Positions 9,137 through 18,810 are shown, numbered from the stretch's first letter. The stretch is DNA of 64,000 nucleotides from Bacillales bacterium UBA3566 (GCA_002376065.1 DFNN01000135.1:1339-65338), one strand, 5' to 3'. Translations and numbers: made by a program. The notes: generated by a model not told the origin, from the sequence alone.

Positions 9137-10048
9137 ATGTTAGAAGAAAAGCATAATATAAAAGCCTGGTTGTATTTAGCACCAGCTATGATTTTATTGT
9201 TGGTGTTTACATTTTATCCTATATTTAATGCATTTTTCTTAGTATTTTTAAGAGATTTTAACTTTTTAGCAGGATCATTTGATGGATTTACTTTAACCGA
9301 GAACTTTGTATATATACTAAATAAACCGGATTTTAAAAAAGCATTATTAAATACATTAATGATTGTGTTTGTATCGGTTCCTGTTTCTGTTATATTGGCA
9401 TTATTGATATCAGCTTGGTTAAACTCTATTAAGAAATTACAAGGATTTTTCCAAACAATATTCTTTTTACCTTATGTAACCAATGCAATTGCGATTGGTA
9501 TGGCATTTGCATTCTTATTCCATCGAAACTATGGGTTGATTAACACCATATTTAATTGGATAGGACTTCCTAGTATCAACTGGGTTGGGTTAGGTGCTGG
9601 ATACTGGAGCTCTATGTTTGCATTACTTGTATTTATTATTTGGAGTGGGTTGGCATTTAAAATTATGGTCTTCTTAAGTGGGCTTCAAAGTATTGATAAA
9701 CAATATTATGATGCTGCTAAAGTAGATTCGACTCCAAGATCTCGTATTTTCACAAAAATAACTGTACCTTTGCTTTCTCCGATGATTGCTTATATTACAA
9801 TCACTTCAATTATTGGAGCATTTAAAGAGTATACCGCCGTAATTGGTATGTTTGGTGTCCGTTTGGGGCCAGCAGGTAATGACGGTGCACTCGTAACGAT
9901 TGTTGCGCTTGTTTATGAAGCGATTAGTCGTTCGGGATCTGATGGTGCTTATAGTGAGGCTGCTGCGGCATCTATAATTCTTTTTGCAATAACACTCGTT
10001 TTTACGCTAATCAATATGCAAGTTAGCAAAAAACGAGTCCATTTCTAG
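9137..10048 (+). CDS. CUT1-family ABC permease (UgpA/MalF-like)
   Basis: 303 aa, six TM helices. Starts 1 nt after the ATPase stop. Confidence 0.85.
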   Translation: MLEEKHNIKAWLYLAPAMILLLVFTFYPIFNAFFLVFLRDFNFLAGSFDGFTLTENFVYILNKPDFKKALLNTLMIVFVSVPVSVILALLISAWLNSIKKLQGFFQTIFFLPYVTNAIAIGMAFAFLFHRNYGLINTIFNWIGLPSINWVGLGAGYWSSMFALLVFIIWSGLAFKIMVFLSGLQSIDKQYYDAAKVDSTPRSRIFTKITVPLLSPMIAYITITSIIGAFKEYTAVIGMFGVRLGPAGNDGALVTIVALVYEAISRSGSDGAYSEAAAASIILFAITLVFTLINMQVSKKRVHF

Positions 10049-10058
10049 GAGTGATAAT

Positions 10059-10964
10059 ATGAGTGAAAATAGAAAACCTACATTATCGAAAAAAGAACAA
10101 GCAGCCAGAAAACAAAAAATTATTCGATTAGTGATTGTATATACGTTGTTAACATTTGTTGCGCTATTCATAGTTACACCGTTTTATTGGATGATTTTGA
10201 CCAGTTTAAAAACAGCACAGCAAATTGATAGAATACCACCGATTTTATTCTTAAAACCGGGAGATTGGCAATTAAGAAACTTTGCGCTTGCATTGCAGGC
10301 GGCACCTTATGCTAGATTTATGATGAATACAGTGATTGTTGCTGCAATTTCAACGTTTGGAACAATCATTACAACTGTACTTGCAGCGTTTGCGTTTGCT
10401 AGAATCAATTTTAAAGGAAGAGATTTTATCTTTATGATTTTGATTTCTAGTATGATGATACCTGGTGAAATGTTTGTCATTACAAACTTTATGACAGTAA
10501 ACACATTAGGATGGATTCGTGATCAATCATTTATTGATGCTTTAGCTGCAATGTCCTTCCCATTTATGACAAGTATTTTCTACTTGTTCTTCTTGAGACA
10601 AACGTTTAAACAAGTACCTGATGAATTATATTTGGCGGCGAAAGTGGATGGGACCTCAGATTTTAAATACTTGTTAAAAGTCATGATACCGATTGCGAAA
10701 CCGACGATTATAACAATTATCATTTTGAACGCAATGGGAACATGGAATGCATACATTTGGCCAAACTTAGTATCGCCACAGAATGAAAATTATCGTTTGG
10801 TATCAAATGGATTAAGAAATGCTTATCGAGATTTATCAGGGCAAGTGGCTTATAATGAACAAATGTCCGCTGCGTTGATTGTTACAATACCATTATTAAT
10901 TGTGTTCTTATTATTGAAAAAACAAATTATGCGAGGAGTTTCTCGTAGTGGAATTAAAGGATAG
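10059..10964 (+). CDS. CUT1-family ABC permease (UgpE/MalG-like)
   Basis: 301 aa with an EAA-like loop (LYLAAKVDGTSDFKYLLKVMIPIAKP). Confidence 0.85.
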   Translation: MSENRKPTLSKKEQAARKQKIIRLVIVYTLLTFVALFIVTPFYWMILTSLKTAQQIDRIPPILFLKPGDWQLRNFALALQAAPYARFMMNTVIVAAISTFGTIITTVLAAFAFARINFKGRDFIFMILISSMMIPGEMFVITNFMTVNTLGWIRDQSFIDALAAMSFPFMTSIFYLFFLRQTFKQVPDELYLAAKVDGTSDFKYLLKVMIPIAKPTIITIIILNAMGTWNAYIWPNLVSPQNENYRLVSNGLRNAYRDLSGQVAYNEQMSAALIVTIPLLIVFLLLKKQIMRGVSRSGIKG

Positions 10965-11038
10965 TATTCAAATATAGTTTGATTGCTGTTATAATAATAA
11001 TAGAGATATATTTATAATAATAAGGAGGAGAAGTTTAG

Positions 11039-12397
11039 ATGAAAAGAATTTTTGTTTTATTATTAAGCTTGACATTAGTATTGGCTTTATCGGGTTGTAT
11101 TTTTGGTGGAGGAAGAGAAGAAACCACTGTTACAATTCCAAATGAATTACCGGATGAAGAAATTGAAATTACATTATGGCATGCATTTGGGGATGCCAAC
11201 CAAGAATTGTTACAAGAGATGTTTGACGAGTTTACTGAAATGTATCCAAATGTAACAATTAATCAAGTAACACAAGGTGGATATGATGAGTTACGTAGTG
11301 CAACAATTAATGCGATCACTGCAGGGACTACACCAACACTTGTTATGGGATATCCTGACCACTTTGTTGAATATTTAAATGGTAATGCTTTGGTACCACT
11401 AGATGAGTATATTGAGCATGAAGAATTCGGTGTAGATCTTGATGATTTTGTACCTGGATTCTTAGCTGAAAATCAACAATATTTAGATGGTAAAATGTAT
11501 TCAATGCCATTTGCAAAATCAACTGAAATGGTTGTTTATAACAAAACAGTGTTTGATTATCATGGAATTGACATTCCAAACGATGAAGCATTAACTTGGA
11601 CAGATTTAGAAGGATTTGCTGATACAATTATTGGTGATGGAGAATATCAATGTGAATTCTTATTCAATGCTGACTCTGCAGCAAACTTCTTCATCAACTC
11701 ATCACGTCAATGGGACGCAGGGTATACTACTACTGAAGGTGATGTATTGATTGATAACCAATCAACTAGAGATATGCTAAATTATTATAAAGATTTAATG
11801 GATCAAGATATCTTAGCATTCCCAATCGAGTGGGATCAAGATTATGGTTCAACAAACTTCTTGCAAGGTGATGTATGTATGACTCAAGGGTCTACTGCAG
11901 GAACTAGATATAATATTCCAGTTGAAGGTCAAGAAGGTAAATTTGGACAGTTTGAAGTTGGAATTACTCCAATTATCCAATTAGAAGATGGAACAGCTTC
12001 AGCAATTCAACAAGGACCAAACATTGCAATGGTTTCTGATGCAACAGAGGCAGAAAGATTAGCAGCTTGGTTACTAATTAAACATATGACAAATACAGAA
12101 AATACAGCATTCTTTGCAATGAACACTGGGTATGTACCTGTTCGTTTATCAGCGTTCAATGATCCAGATTATCAAGCATTCTTAAACACAGATGATCCAG
12201 ATCGTTTGCCATTCTCAATGGCAGCAAATGTTGCTTATGCTCAAGTAGATTATTACCAATATGATCCAGCGTTTGTTGGTAGAATTACTTCTTCTACAGT
12301 TCGACAAGAAGCAGGGTTCATGTTTGAAAGAATTTATTCTGAGACACAAACTGTTGAAGAATCATTAGAACAAATGTTGGAACAATTAGGACAATAA
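11039..12397 (+). CDS. ABC transporter substrate-binding lipoprotein (family-1 SBP)
   Basis: Lipobox LALSGC. EIEITLWHAFGD... and MGYPDH motifs typical of CUT1 solute-binding proteins. Strong AAGGAGGAG RBS. Confidence 0.85.
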   Translation: MKRIFVLLLSLTLVLALSGCIFGGGREETTVTIPNELPDEEIEITLWHAFGDANQELLQEMFDEFTEMYPNVTINQVTQGGYDELRSATINAITAGTTPTLVMGYPDHFVEYLNGNALVPLDEYIEHEEFGVDLDDFVPGFLAENQQYLDGKMYSMPFAKSTEMVVYNKTVFDYHGIDIPNDEALTWTDLEGFADTIIGDGEYQCEFLFNADSAANFFINSSRQWDAGYTTTEGDVLIDNQSTRDMLNYYKDLMDQDILAFPIEWDQDYGSTNFLQGDVCMTQGSTAGTRYNIPVEGQEGKFGQFEVGITPIIQLEDGTASAIQQGPNIAMVSDATEAERLAAWLLIKHMTNTENTAFFAMNTGYVPVRLSAFNDPDYQAFLNTDDPDRLPFSMAANVAYAQVDYYQYDPAFVGRITSSTVRQEAGFMFERIYSETQTVEESLEQMLEQLGQ

Positions 12398-12400
12398 GTT

Positions 12401-13576
12401 TTGAATAAAGTTTTACTAATATCTTTAGGAATTATTTTGAGTTTCACCCTCGTTGCTTGCGGGGGTGAAGACTCAACAAATGAGTATGAGTTAAACACAG
12501 AGTTAACAGATGAGTTAACTTTGGATCGTTCTTATGATGGTACAACATTAGAACAAGATGGTATTGAAGAAGTATCTTTGGTTAGTTGTGAGGATGGAGA
12601 TACTGCTGTTTTTGATACTGTAGATGGAGAAGTAAGAGTGAGGTTTTTAGGGATTGATACCCCGGAAGCCAGTTATAAATATGATCCTTGGGGTCTTGCT
12701 GCAACGCAGTTTACATGTGAAAAACTATATGGAGCCGAAACCTTAGTAGTTGAACAAGATGAAGAGGCCGGGCCGGTTGACAATTATGGACGTCATTTAG
12801 GATATGTATGGTATGATGGTCGTTTGTTAAATCTTGAAGTGATTGAACAAGCATATTCTTTGGCTGTTGGTGTTGAAAAACTGAAATATGGTGAGGAAAT
12901 GCTGGCTGCACAAAATCATGCAAGTTTGACTGAAAAAAGACTTCATGGTGAAGATGATCCTGCATATGATTATAGTACGTCTGGAACAGATATGACAATT
13001 GAAGAAATTGTCAAGAATTACGAAGATAATATATTGAAAAGTGTCAACGTTGAAGGTGTTATTACACGAAAATTAGGGACACATGTATATATCGAACAAG
13101 ATGGCTATGGGATTTACGTATATACAGGTTATGAGACAAGCGCCAAGTTGGTTATTGGTCACGAGGTACGATTTGAAAAAATGCAAGTTATTTATGACTT
13201 AAGAAGACGTGGTGGCCTTCACTTAGCGAGATTCAATGTAAGAACAGTTTCTGTATTAAGTGAAGATAATCCTGTTAATCCTAAAACATTGAGTATTGAT
13301 GAAATAACACCGTTAGATTATGGAGTCTTCAGTAGGTTTGAGGATTTAGAGATTGTTGAAATTGACATGACTAATCAAATTTGGACGATGACTTTAAAGC
13401 AAAACGGTGAAACAATGAAAGTGATTCAGCCATATGGTATTTTAGAAGAAAATATTGTAGATGTAGAACAGTTTATGATTGGACAGGTCATCAATGTTCA
13501 AGGAGTTTTACAGGAAACGATCGATGGTTATCAATTGTTGATATTAAATAGTGATGATGTAACGACGGATGAATAA
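12401..13576 (+). CDS. surface lipoprotein: SNase (thermonuclease) domain plus C-terminal OB-like barrel
   Basis: TTG start 3 nt after the SBP stop. Lipobox TLVACGG. SNase signatures DGDTAVF, RVRFLGIDTPE, NYGRHLGYVWYDGRLLNLEVIEQAYS. C-terminal VNVEGVITRKLGTHVYIEQDGYGIYVY. Confidence 0.85.
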   Translation: MNKVLLISLGIILSFTLVACGGEDSTNEYELNTELTDELTLDRSYDGTTLEQDGIEEVSLVSCEDGDTAVFDTVDGEVRVRFLGIDTPEASYKYDPWGLAATQFTCEKLYGAETLVVEQDEEAGPVDNYGRHLGYVWYDGRLLNLEVIEQAYSLAVGVEKLKYGEEMLAAQNHASLTEKRLHGEDDPAYDYSTSGTDMTIEEIVKNYEDNILKSVNVEGVITRKLGTHVYIEQDGYGIYVYTGYETSAKLVIGHEVRFEKMQVIYDLRRRGGLHLARFNVRTVSVLSEDNPVNPKTLSIDEITPLDYGVFSRFEDLEIVEIDMTNQIWTMTLKQNGETMKVIQPYGILEENIVDVEQFMIGQVINVQGVLQETIDGYQLLILNSDDVTTDE

Positions 13577-13610
13577 TATGTCGTTTGCTAGATAAAAGGA
13601 TTTGATAAAA

Positions 13611-14798
13611 ATGAAGAAATTGTTCACTTTAGGACTGGTAGCAATTAGTATAATCGTTCTTGCTGCTTGTACTGAAAAAGCGCCAGAAGATGAAGAAATA
13701 GATCGCACGTTAACGACTACACTGACTGATAGTCTTGAGTTAGAAACTGATTATGCAGGAATGTCATTTATCCAAGATGGTATTGGAGAAGTTGAGTTGG
13801 TTAGATGTGTCGATGGAGATACTGCTATATTTGCTGAAGGTTCTCAAGAATTTAGTGTACGTTATTTGGGAATTGATACTCCTGAATCTACTTATCGATT
13901 TGATCCTTGGGGAAAAGCGGCAAGTGATCACATGTGTGAGGCGTTAGAAAGTGCATCAACCATCGTACTTGAAGCTGATGAGTATACAGAAAGAAAAGAT
14001 GGCAATGATCGATATTTGGCTTATGTTTGGTTAGATGGTCGAAACATTAATTTAGAAATGATTGAACTTGCGTATACACCAGCTACAGGTGCGACAGATT
14101 TAGAATATGGTGCTTTATTTTCACAAGCATGGTTTAAAGCACAGGCAACGGAACGTCGTATTTGGGGTGAAGATGACCCTAATTTTGATTATTCAAAAGA
14201 AGGAGTCCAAATTACGATTGAAGAACTAGTAACAAATCAAAGTGAATATATCGGGAGAAAAGTGACGATAACTGGAGTGATTTCTAGTAAAGTAGGACGA
14301 CATGGGTATATTCAACAAGGGGATTATGGAGTATATGTATATACTGGGTTTGAATATACGACAAAATTCCAAATAGGAAATGAAGTAACGCTTGATAATG
14401 TAGTGCCAACATATCATCCAGATGAAGAAACTGGTGCATTACAATTAAGTGGATTTAGAGCAAGAAATTTAGAAATATTATCAGAAGGAAATATTGTTGA
14501 ACCAAATCTTGTTACGGTGAGTGAGTTGACAAATGAAATGATTGGGTCTTTGGTAGAGATTCATCAGTTAACAATTGTTGATGTATATGCTGGACAAGAT
14601 GGCGCATTTACTGTTTATACAGAAGATGAGTTTGGGAATTCTTTGGTATTAAGAAAAGATTCTTCGAGCTCAAGTGATATCGAAATCACAGATTATTCTG
14701 TTGGAAAAATTCTCAATATCGTTGGTCCTGTACATGTATATAATAGCGAGATGCAAATTATGATTACGAGTACACAAGACGTAACGTTCATTGAATAA
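13611..14798 (+). CDS. surface lipoprotein: SNase domain plus C-terminal OB-like barrel (paralogue of the previous gene)
   Basis: Lipobox VLAACTE. DGDTAIF, SVRYLGIDTPE, DRYLAYVWLDGRNINLEMIELAYT. C-terminal KVTITGVISSKVGRHGYIQQGDYGVYVY. Start could also be the TTG at 13602. Confidence 0.85.
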   Translation: MKKLFTLGLVAISIIVLAACTEKAPEDEEIDRTLTTTLTDSLELETDYAGMSFIQDGIGEVELVRCVDGDTAIFAEGSQEFSVRYLGIDTPESTYRFDPWGKAASDHMCEALESASTIVLEADEYTERKDGNDRYLAYVWLDGRNINLEMIELAYTPATGATDLEYGALFSQAWFKAQATERRIWGEDDPNFDYSKEGVQITIEELVTNQSEYIGRKVTITGVISSKVGRHGYIQQGDYGVYVYTGFEYTTKFQIGNEVTLDNVVPTYHPDEETGALQLSGFRARNLEILSEGNIVEPNLVTVSELTNEMIGSLVEIHQLTIVDVYAGQDGAFTVYTEDEFGNSLVLRKDSSSSSDIEITDYSVGKILNIVGPVHVYNSEMQIMITSTQDVTFIE

Positions 14799-14824
14799 TA
14801 AAAGAAATGGGAGGAAACAATTAA

Positions 14825-17764
14825 ATGAAGAAAATATTAACATTGGCTTTAATATTAATTGCTTCAATTACACTTGTTGCTTGTGGTGGAACCACCGATG
14901 ATGGTGAATTATCAGATGCAGACAAAGTAGAAGAAGCAAGAGCAGCTTTATTGCTTGGTGGATTAGATCAAGTAAAAGCAAATATGAATTTACCTACTGC
15001 TGGTAGAAATGGGACAACAATTACTTGGGAATCAAGTGATCCTAGTGTTATTTCTAATACTGGTGAAGTTACTCGTCCAGAAGAGGGAGAAGGTAATGTA
15101 GAAGTTACATTAACTGCGACCATTACATTGAATGACGAAAGTGCGACTAGAGAATTTATTGCGGTGGTTATTCAAGAAGAACCTTCTAGTACGTTTGATA
15201 CTATTGCGGAGTTACATACAGCATCAGCTAAAAATGATGTAGTTGAATTCCAAGGGATTGTATCATCTGTATTTAATGGAGGATATTTCTTAACGGATGG
15301 AACTGATGTCATTGGTGTATATGGACAATTGGCTGAAGAAGTAAATGTTGGCGATGAAATCTTTGTCAAAGGATCATATGCTTCTTATTACACATTGTTC
15401 CAAATCTCTGATGTGACAGTTGAAGATATCGTTAGTACTGGAAATCCAGTGAATTTGCCTGTAACTAATACAACGATTGCGGGAATATTAAACGAAGATT
15501 CTTCAGATAAATTAATTCACGGGAAACATTATAGTATAATTGGTACTGTAGAATTGCGTGGAGAATTCAATAATGTTTGGTTATTTACTGGTGATCAAGA
15601 TGTTGTAATTTATTATCAATCTCCTGCTGATTCAATTGCGGCTTTAGAAGCTGTTGTTGGTGAAACAATTGCGATTGATGTTGTATATTATACTGATCAT
15701 CCTGTTGATGGTTTACGTGTTGTATTCCAAGGGGACGCTAGTGATATTACATTAGAAGATGATTTTAGTGATGAGCAAACTACTCGTTTAGCTGCTAGTT
15801 TCTTAAGTTTTGGTGAATTAGAAACAACGACTGATTTTGAACTACCATCTGAAATTGCTGATTATGGTGCAAGTGTTACTTGGGCTACAAGTGATGCAAG
15901 TGTTGTTACTGCTGATGGATTAGTTACAAGAGATGAAGATACTGATTTAGAAGCTACTTTAACAGCGACAGTTACAGTAGGAAGTGAATCATTTGATATT
16001 GATTTCCCTGTTGTAGTCATTAGTTATGCGACTGAATCTGCGACACCTGTGGCAGTTGCTGATGTTCTTGCTGGTACTGTTGGAGATGAATTCTTAGTTG
16101 AAGGTGTTGTATCTGCAATCAACTCTACTTACGGATTCTTTATCCAAGATGCTGATGGAACTGCGATTTATGTTGCTAGTATTTTCGAAGGTGTAGAAGT
16201 TGGAGATCACGTTGTATTACGTGGAGACTTAGGTTTATGGGATAGTTATGGTAACTATCAATTAAAACTAGTTGATTCTTCATTGGTTGAAGATAATGAT
16301 GGTGATCACGATGTGCATATCATTACAGATCAAACTGGTACACAAATTGTTGATACTTTCTTAGAAGATTATAGTAATTCAAGTAAAATTTATACAACTG
16401 ATTTAACATTTAGTCATGTAGATACTTATGGGTATGCATTCTTTGATGCCGGTACTGCTGGTGAGATGAGAATCACATTCAAATATACTGATTACGCTCC
16501 ATTCTTAGAAACTGCTGAAGAAGGATATGTTCTAGAAGATGTTACATTCGTTGTTTATGATGTGAACTATGACAACTTACGTGTTGTTTCAGTTGAAATT
16601 TTAGAAGAAGCAGTTGCGGTTGCTGATGTACTTGCTGGTACTGTTGGTGAAAACTATTATGTTACTGGTGTTGTTTCAGCTGTCAATATGCATTATGGAT
16701 TCTTTATCCAAGATGCTGATGGAACTGCAATTTATGTTAAAGGTTCATTTGCTGGAGTTGAAGAAGGGGACTTAGTTGAAGTCGTTGGAGATTTGGCAAT
16801 TTGGGATCAATATGGAAATAGTCAATTGAGTTTGGAAAATGTTGTATTAAAAGACAATTTCAAAGGAAATGAAAGTATTCATATTATTACCGATCAAACA
16901 GCTGTACAAATCGTTGATACTTTCCAAGCAGATTATAGTAATTCAGGAAAAATATTCACTGCAGACTTAACATTTAGTCATGTAGATACATATGGATATG
17001 CATTCTTCGATATGGGAACTGCGGGAGATATGCAAATTACATTCAAATATACTGATTATGCTCCATTCTTAGAAGACGCTACTGAAGGTGACATTTTAGA
17101 AAACGTAACATTCGTTGTTTATGATGTTAACTATGATAACTTACGCGTTGTTTCAGTAATCTTAGATGAAACTGCACATTATGCTCATTTGGTTGATAAT
17201 GATACTGTAGTTACAGTAACTGGTGTTGTAACATTTGTACAAAACTATGATGGTTCATTCTTCGTAGAAGACGCTGATGGAACAACAATTTATGTAGATG
17301 ATTTTAGCAATTCATTAGAAGCTTGGCCAACAGTAGCTGTTGGTGATGAAGTAACTGTTGTTGGAGACAAAGGGTTCTATCGAGTACCACTTGTTGATAC
17401 AGTAAGTGCTATAACAATTAATTCAAGCGCAAATGCTTTAACAGATACAGTTCACGCTGTTGCTGATGTTGCTACATTCCGTGATGCGCCTAACAGTATG
17501 GACTTCGGACAAAGATTTACATTTACTGATGTTACTGTTGTAGAAGTTGCTGATGGTGAAATTGTATTCTATCAAAACGGTGAAAACCATACAATGTTAA
17601 TTGATTTAGATGAATCTGTTGACTTGAGTTCACTAGCTATCGAAGCTGGAGATGTGATTACATTTACTGCAACATTATATCGTTCATATGATAAGTATGA
17701 TGATATTGATGCAACTTATTACTTTGGTGTAACTGATGCTGCTGATGTAACAGTAGCTGAATAA
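14825..17764 (+). CDS. 979-aa lipoprotein built from Ig-like and OB-fold-like modules, with no recognisable catalytic domain
   Basis: Lipobox TLVACGG. Two TW(E/A)SSDPSV...TLTATI Ig-like modules. At least five G(I/V)V(S/T)...(Y/F)F(L/I/V)(T/Q/E)D(G/A)(T/D)...IYV...VGDE OB-like modules. Contains an internal tandem duplication. Confidence 0.8.
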   Translation: MKKILTLALILIASITLVACGGTTDDGELSDADKVEEARAALLLGGLDQVKANMNLPTAGRNGTTITWESSDPSVISNTGEVTRPEEGEGNVEVTLTATITLNDESATREFIAVVIQEEPSSTFDTIAELHTASAKNDVVEFQGIVSSVFNGGYFLTDGTDVIGVYGQLAEEVNVGDEIFVKGSYASYYTLFQISDVTVEDIVSTGNPVNLPVTNTTIAGILNEDSSDKLIHGKHYSIIGTVELRGEFNNVWLFTGDQDVVIYYQSPADSIAALEAVVGETIAIDVVYYTDHPVDGLRVVFQGDASDITLEDDFSDEQTTRLAASFLSFGELETTTDFELPSEIADYGASVTWATSDASVVTADGLVTRDEDTDLEATLTATVTVGSESFDIDFPVVVISYATESATPVAVADVLAGTVGDEFLVEGVVSAINSTYGFFIQDADGTAIYVASIFEGVEVGDHVVLRGDLGLWDSYGNYQLKLVDSSLVEDNDGDHDVHIITDQTGTQIVDTFLEDYSNSSKIYTTDLTFSHVDTYGYAFFDAGTAGEMRITFKYTDYAPFLETAEEGYVLEDVTFVVYDVNYDNLRVVSVEILEEAVAVADVLAGTVGENYYVTGVVSAVNMHYGFFIQDADGTAIYVKGSFAGVEEGDLVEVVGDLAIWDQYGNSQLSLENVVLKDNFKGNESIHIITDQTAVQIVDTFQADYSNSGKIFTADLTFSHVDTYGYAFFDMGTAGDMQITFKYTDYAPFLEDATEGDILENVTFVVYDVNYDNLRVVSVILDETAHYAHLVDNDTVVTVTGVVTFVQNYDGSFFVEDADGTTIYVDDFSNSLEAWPTVAVGDEVTVVGDKGFYRVPLVDTVSAITINSSANALTDTVHAVADVATFRDAPNSMDFGQRFTFTDVTVVEVADGEIVFYQNGENHTMLIDLDESVDLSSLAIEAGDVITFTATLYRSYDKYDDIDATYYFGVTDAADVTVAE
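16049..17176 (+). repeat. in-frame tandem duplication, 2 x 564 nt (188 aa), inside the 979-aa lipoprotein gene
   Basis: Unit 1 is 16049-16612 and unit 2 is 16613-17176. Identical runs include GGATTCTTTATCCAAGATGCTGATGGAACTGC at 16133 and 16697. Protein units VAVADVLAGTVG...NYDNLRVVSV are clearly alignable. Confidence 0.9.
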
Positions 17765-17786
17765 TAAAACTCTATTTTTCAAGTTA

Positions 17787-17818
17787 AAACACCACTGCTT
17801 TAGTGGTGTTTTTCTTTT
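17787..17818 (+). terminator. rho-independent terminator
   Basis: AAACACCACT / AGTGGTGTTT 10-bp stem followed by a T-run. Confidence 0.85.
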
Positions 17819-17863
17819 GGTTCTATGATACACTTGAAGTGAAGTTATATGCGAGGTGAAAGA

Positions 17864-18769
17864 ATGAAAAAGATGGTGTTTTTCGTATTTATGATGATTG
17901 TATTTGTTTTAGCTGGGTGTGAAAATACAAACCCAGATGAAGTAATATTACCTGACTTGGAAGGTTATCATAAAGATGAAATAGAAGAAGTATTTGAAGA
18001 TCTAGGAGTGGAAATCTATTTTGTATATAATAAGGCAACCGTTATAGAAGAATCAGAAATGTTTATTGGATATGGACAATTTTATTTGGCGGGAGATCAA
18101 TTTAATGTGACTCAAGAACTGCCCATTATTATTTATGATGAATATATTGATTTAAGTGCGTATTTTTTCTATGATGAGATAGACTATGATGGACCTTATT
18201 TGGATATAGAATTATATAATGGGATAGATCCAATTGATCCTAGAGGAGGATACTTTTCTGTGGAAAATCCTATATGCACAGACGGTGATACTGCGGTGTT
18301 CGATTATCCGAATGACATTTACCAGTTGATTACTAGTGGCGCGAAAAGTACAAGATTTTTAAATATGGATACCCCTGAGACTTATCCTGATGGTGAGGAA
18401 GAATGGGGAAAACCAGCGAGTTTGTACACTTGTCTATTGCTAAATGATGCAGAAGATATTATCCTCCAAACAGATCCAGGAGATAATCTAACTGGAAACT
18501 ATGGTCGATTACTTGCTTGGGTATGGGTGAAACTCGATGGAGAAGATCAGTATTTCTTACTCAATTATATGGTTGTCAGACAGGGATTAGGAGAAGTGGC
18601 ATATGAATACGGTGCTGGTGAAACAATATCTTATGGGGCTTATACATATAATGAATGGATGCATTTAGCAGAAGATCGAGCTAGGGCAGACGAGTATGGA
18701 CAATGGGGAAATTTGTTAGATTATTATTGGGATTATGAAGATGATTCCCCGAATGAAAATTGGAATTAA
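17864..18769 (+). CDS. surface lipoprotein: PASTA-like N-terminal module plus SNase domain
   Basis: ATG at 17864 (AGGTGA RBS). Lipobox VLAGCEN. ILPDLEGYHKDEIEEVFEDLGVEIYFVY resembles a PASTA repeat. SNase signatures DGDTAVF, TRFLNMDTPE, NYGRLLAWVWV, LNYMVVRQGLG. Confidence 0.8.
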   Translation: MKKMVFFVFMMIVFVLAGCENTNPDEVILPDLEGYHKDEIEEVFEDLGVEIYFVYNKATVIEESEMFIGYGQFYLAGDQFNVTQELPIIIYDEYIDLSAYFFYDEIDYDGPYLDIELYNGIDPIDPRGGYFSVENPICTDGDTAVFDYPNDIYQLITSGAKSTRFLNMDTPETYPDGEEEWGKPASLYTCLLLNDAEDIILQTDPGDNLTGNYGRLLAWVWVKLDGEDQYFLLNYMVVRQGLGEVAYEYGAGETISYGAYTYNEWMHLAEDRARADEYGQWGNLLDYYWDYEDDSPNENWN

Positions 18770-18773
18770 ATTG

Positions 18774-18810
18774 ACACACAAAAAATAATTTATTTTTTGT
18801 GTGTTTTCTT
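18774..18810 (+). terminator. rho-independent terminator
   Basis: ACACACAAAAAATAA / TTATTTTTTGTGTGT long A/T-rich stem followed by T-rich sequence. Confidence 0.7.
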
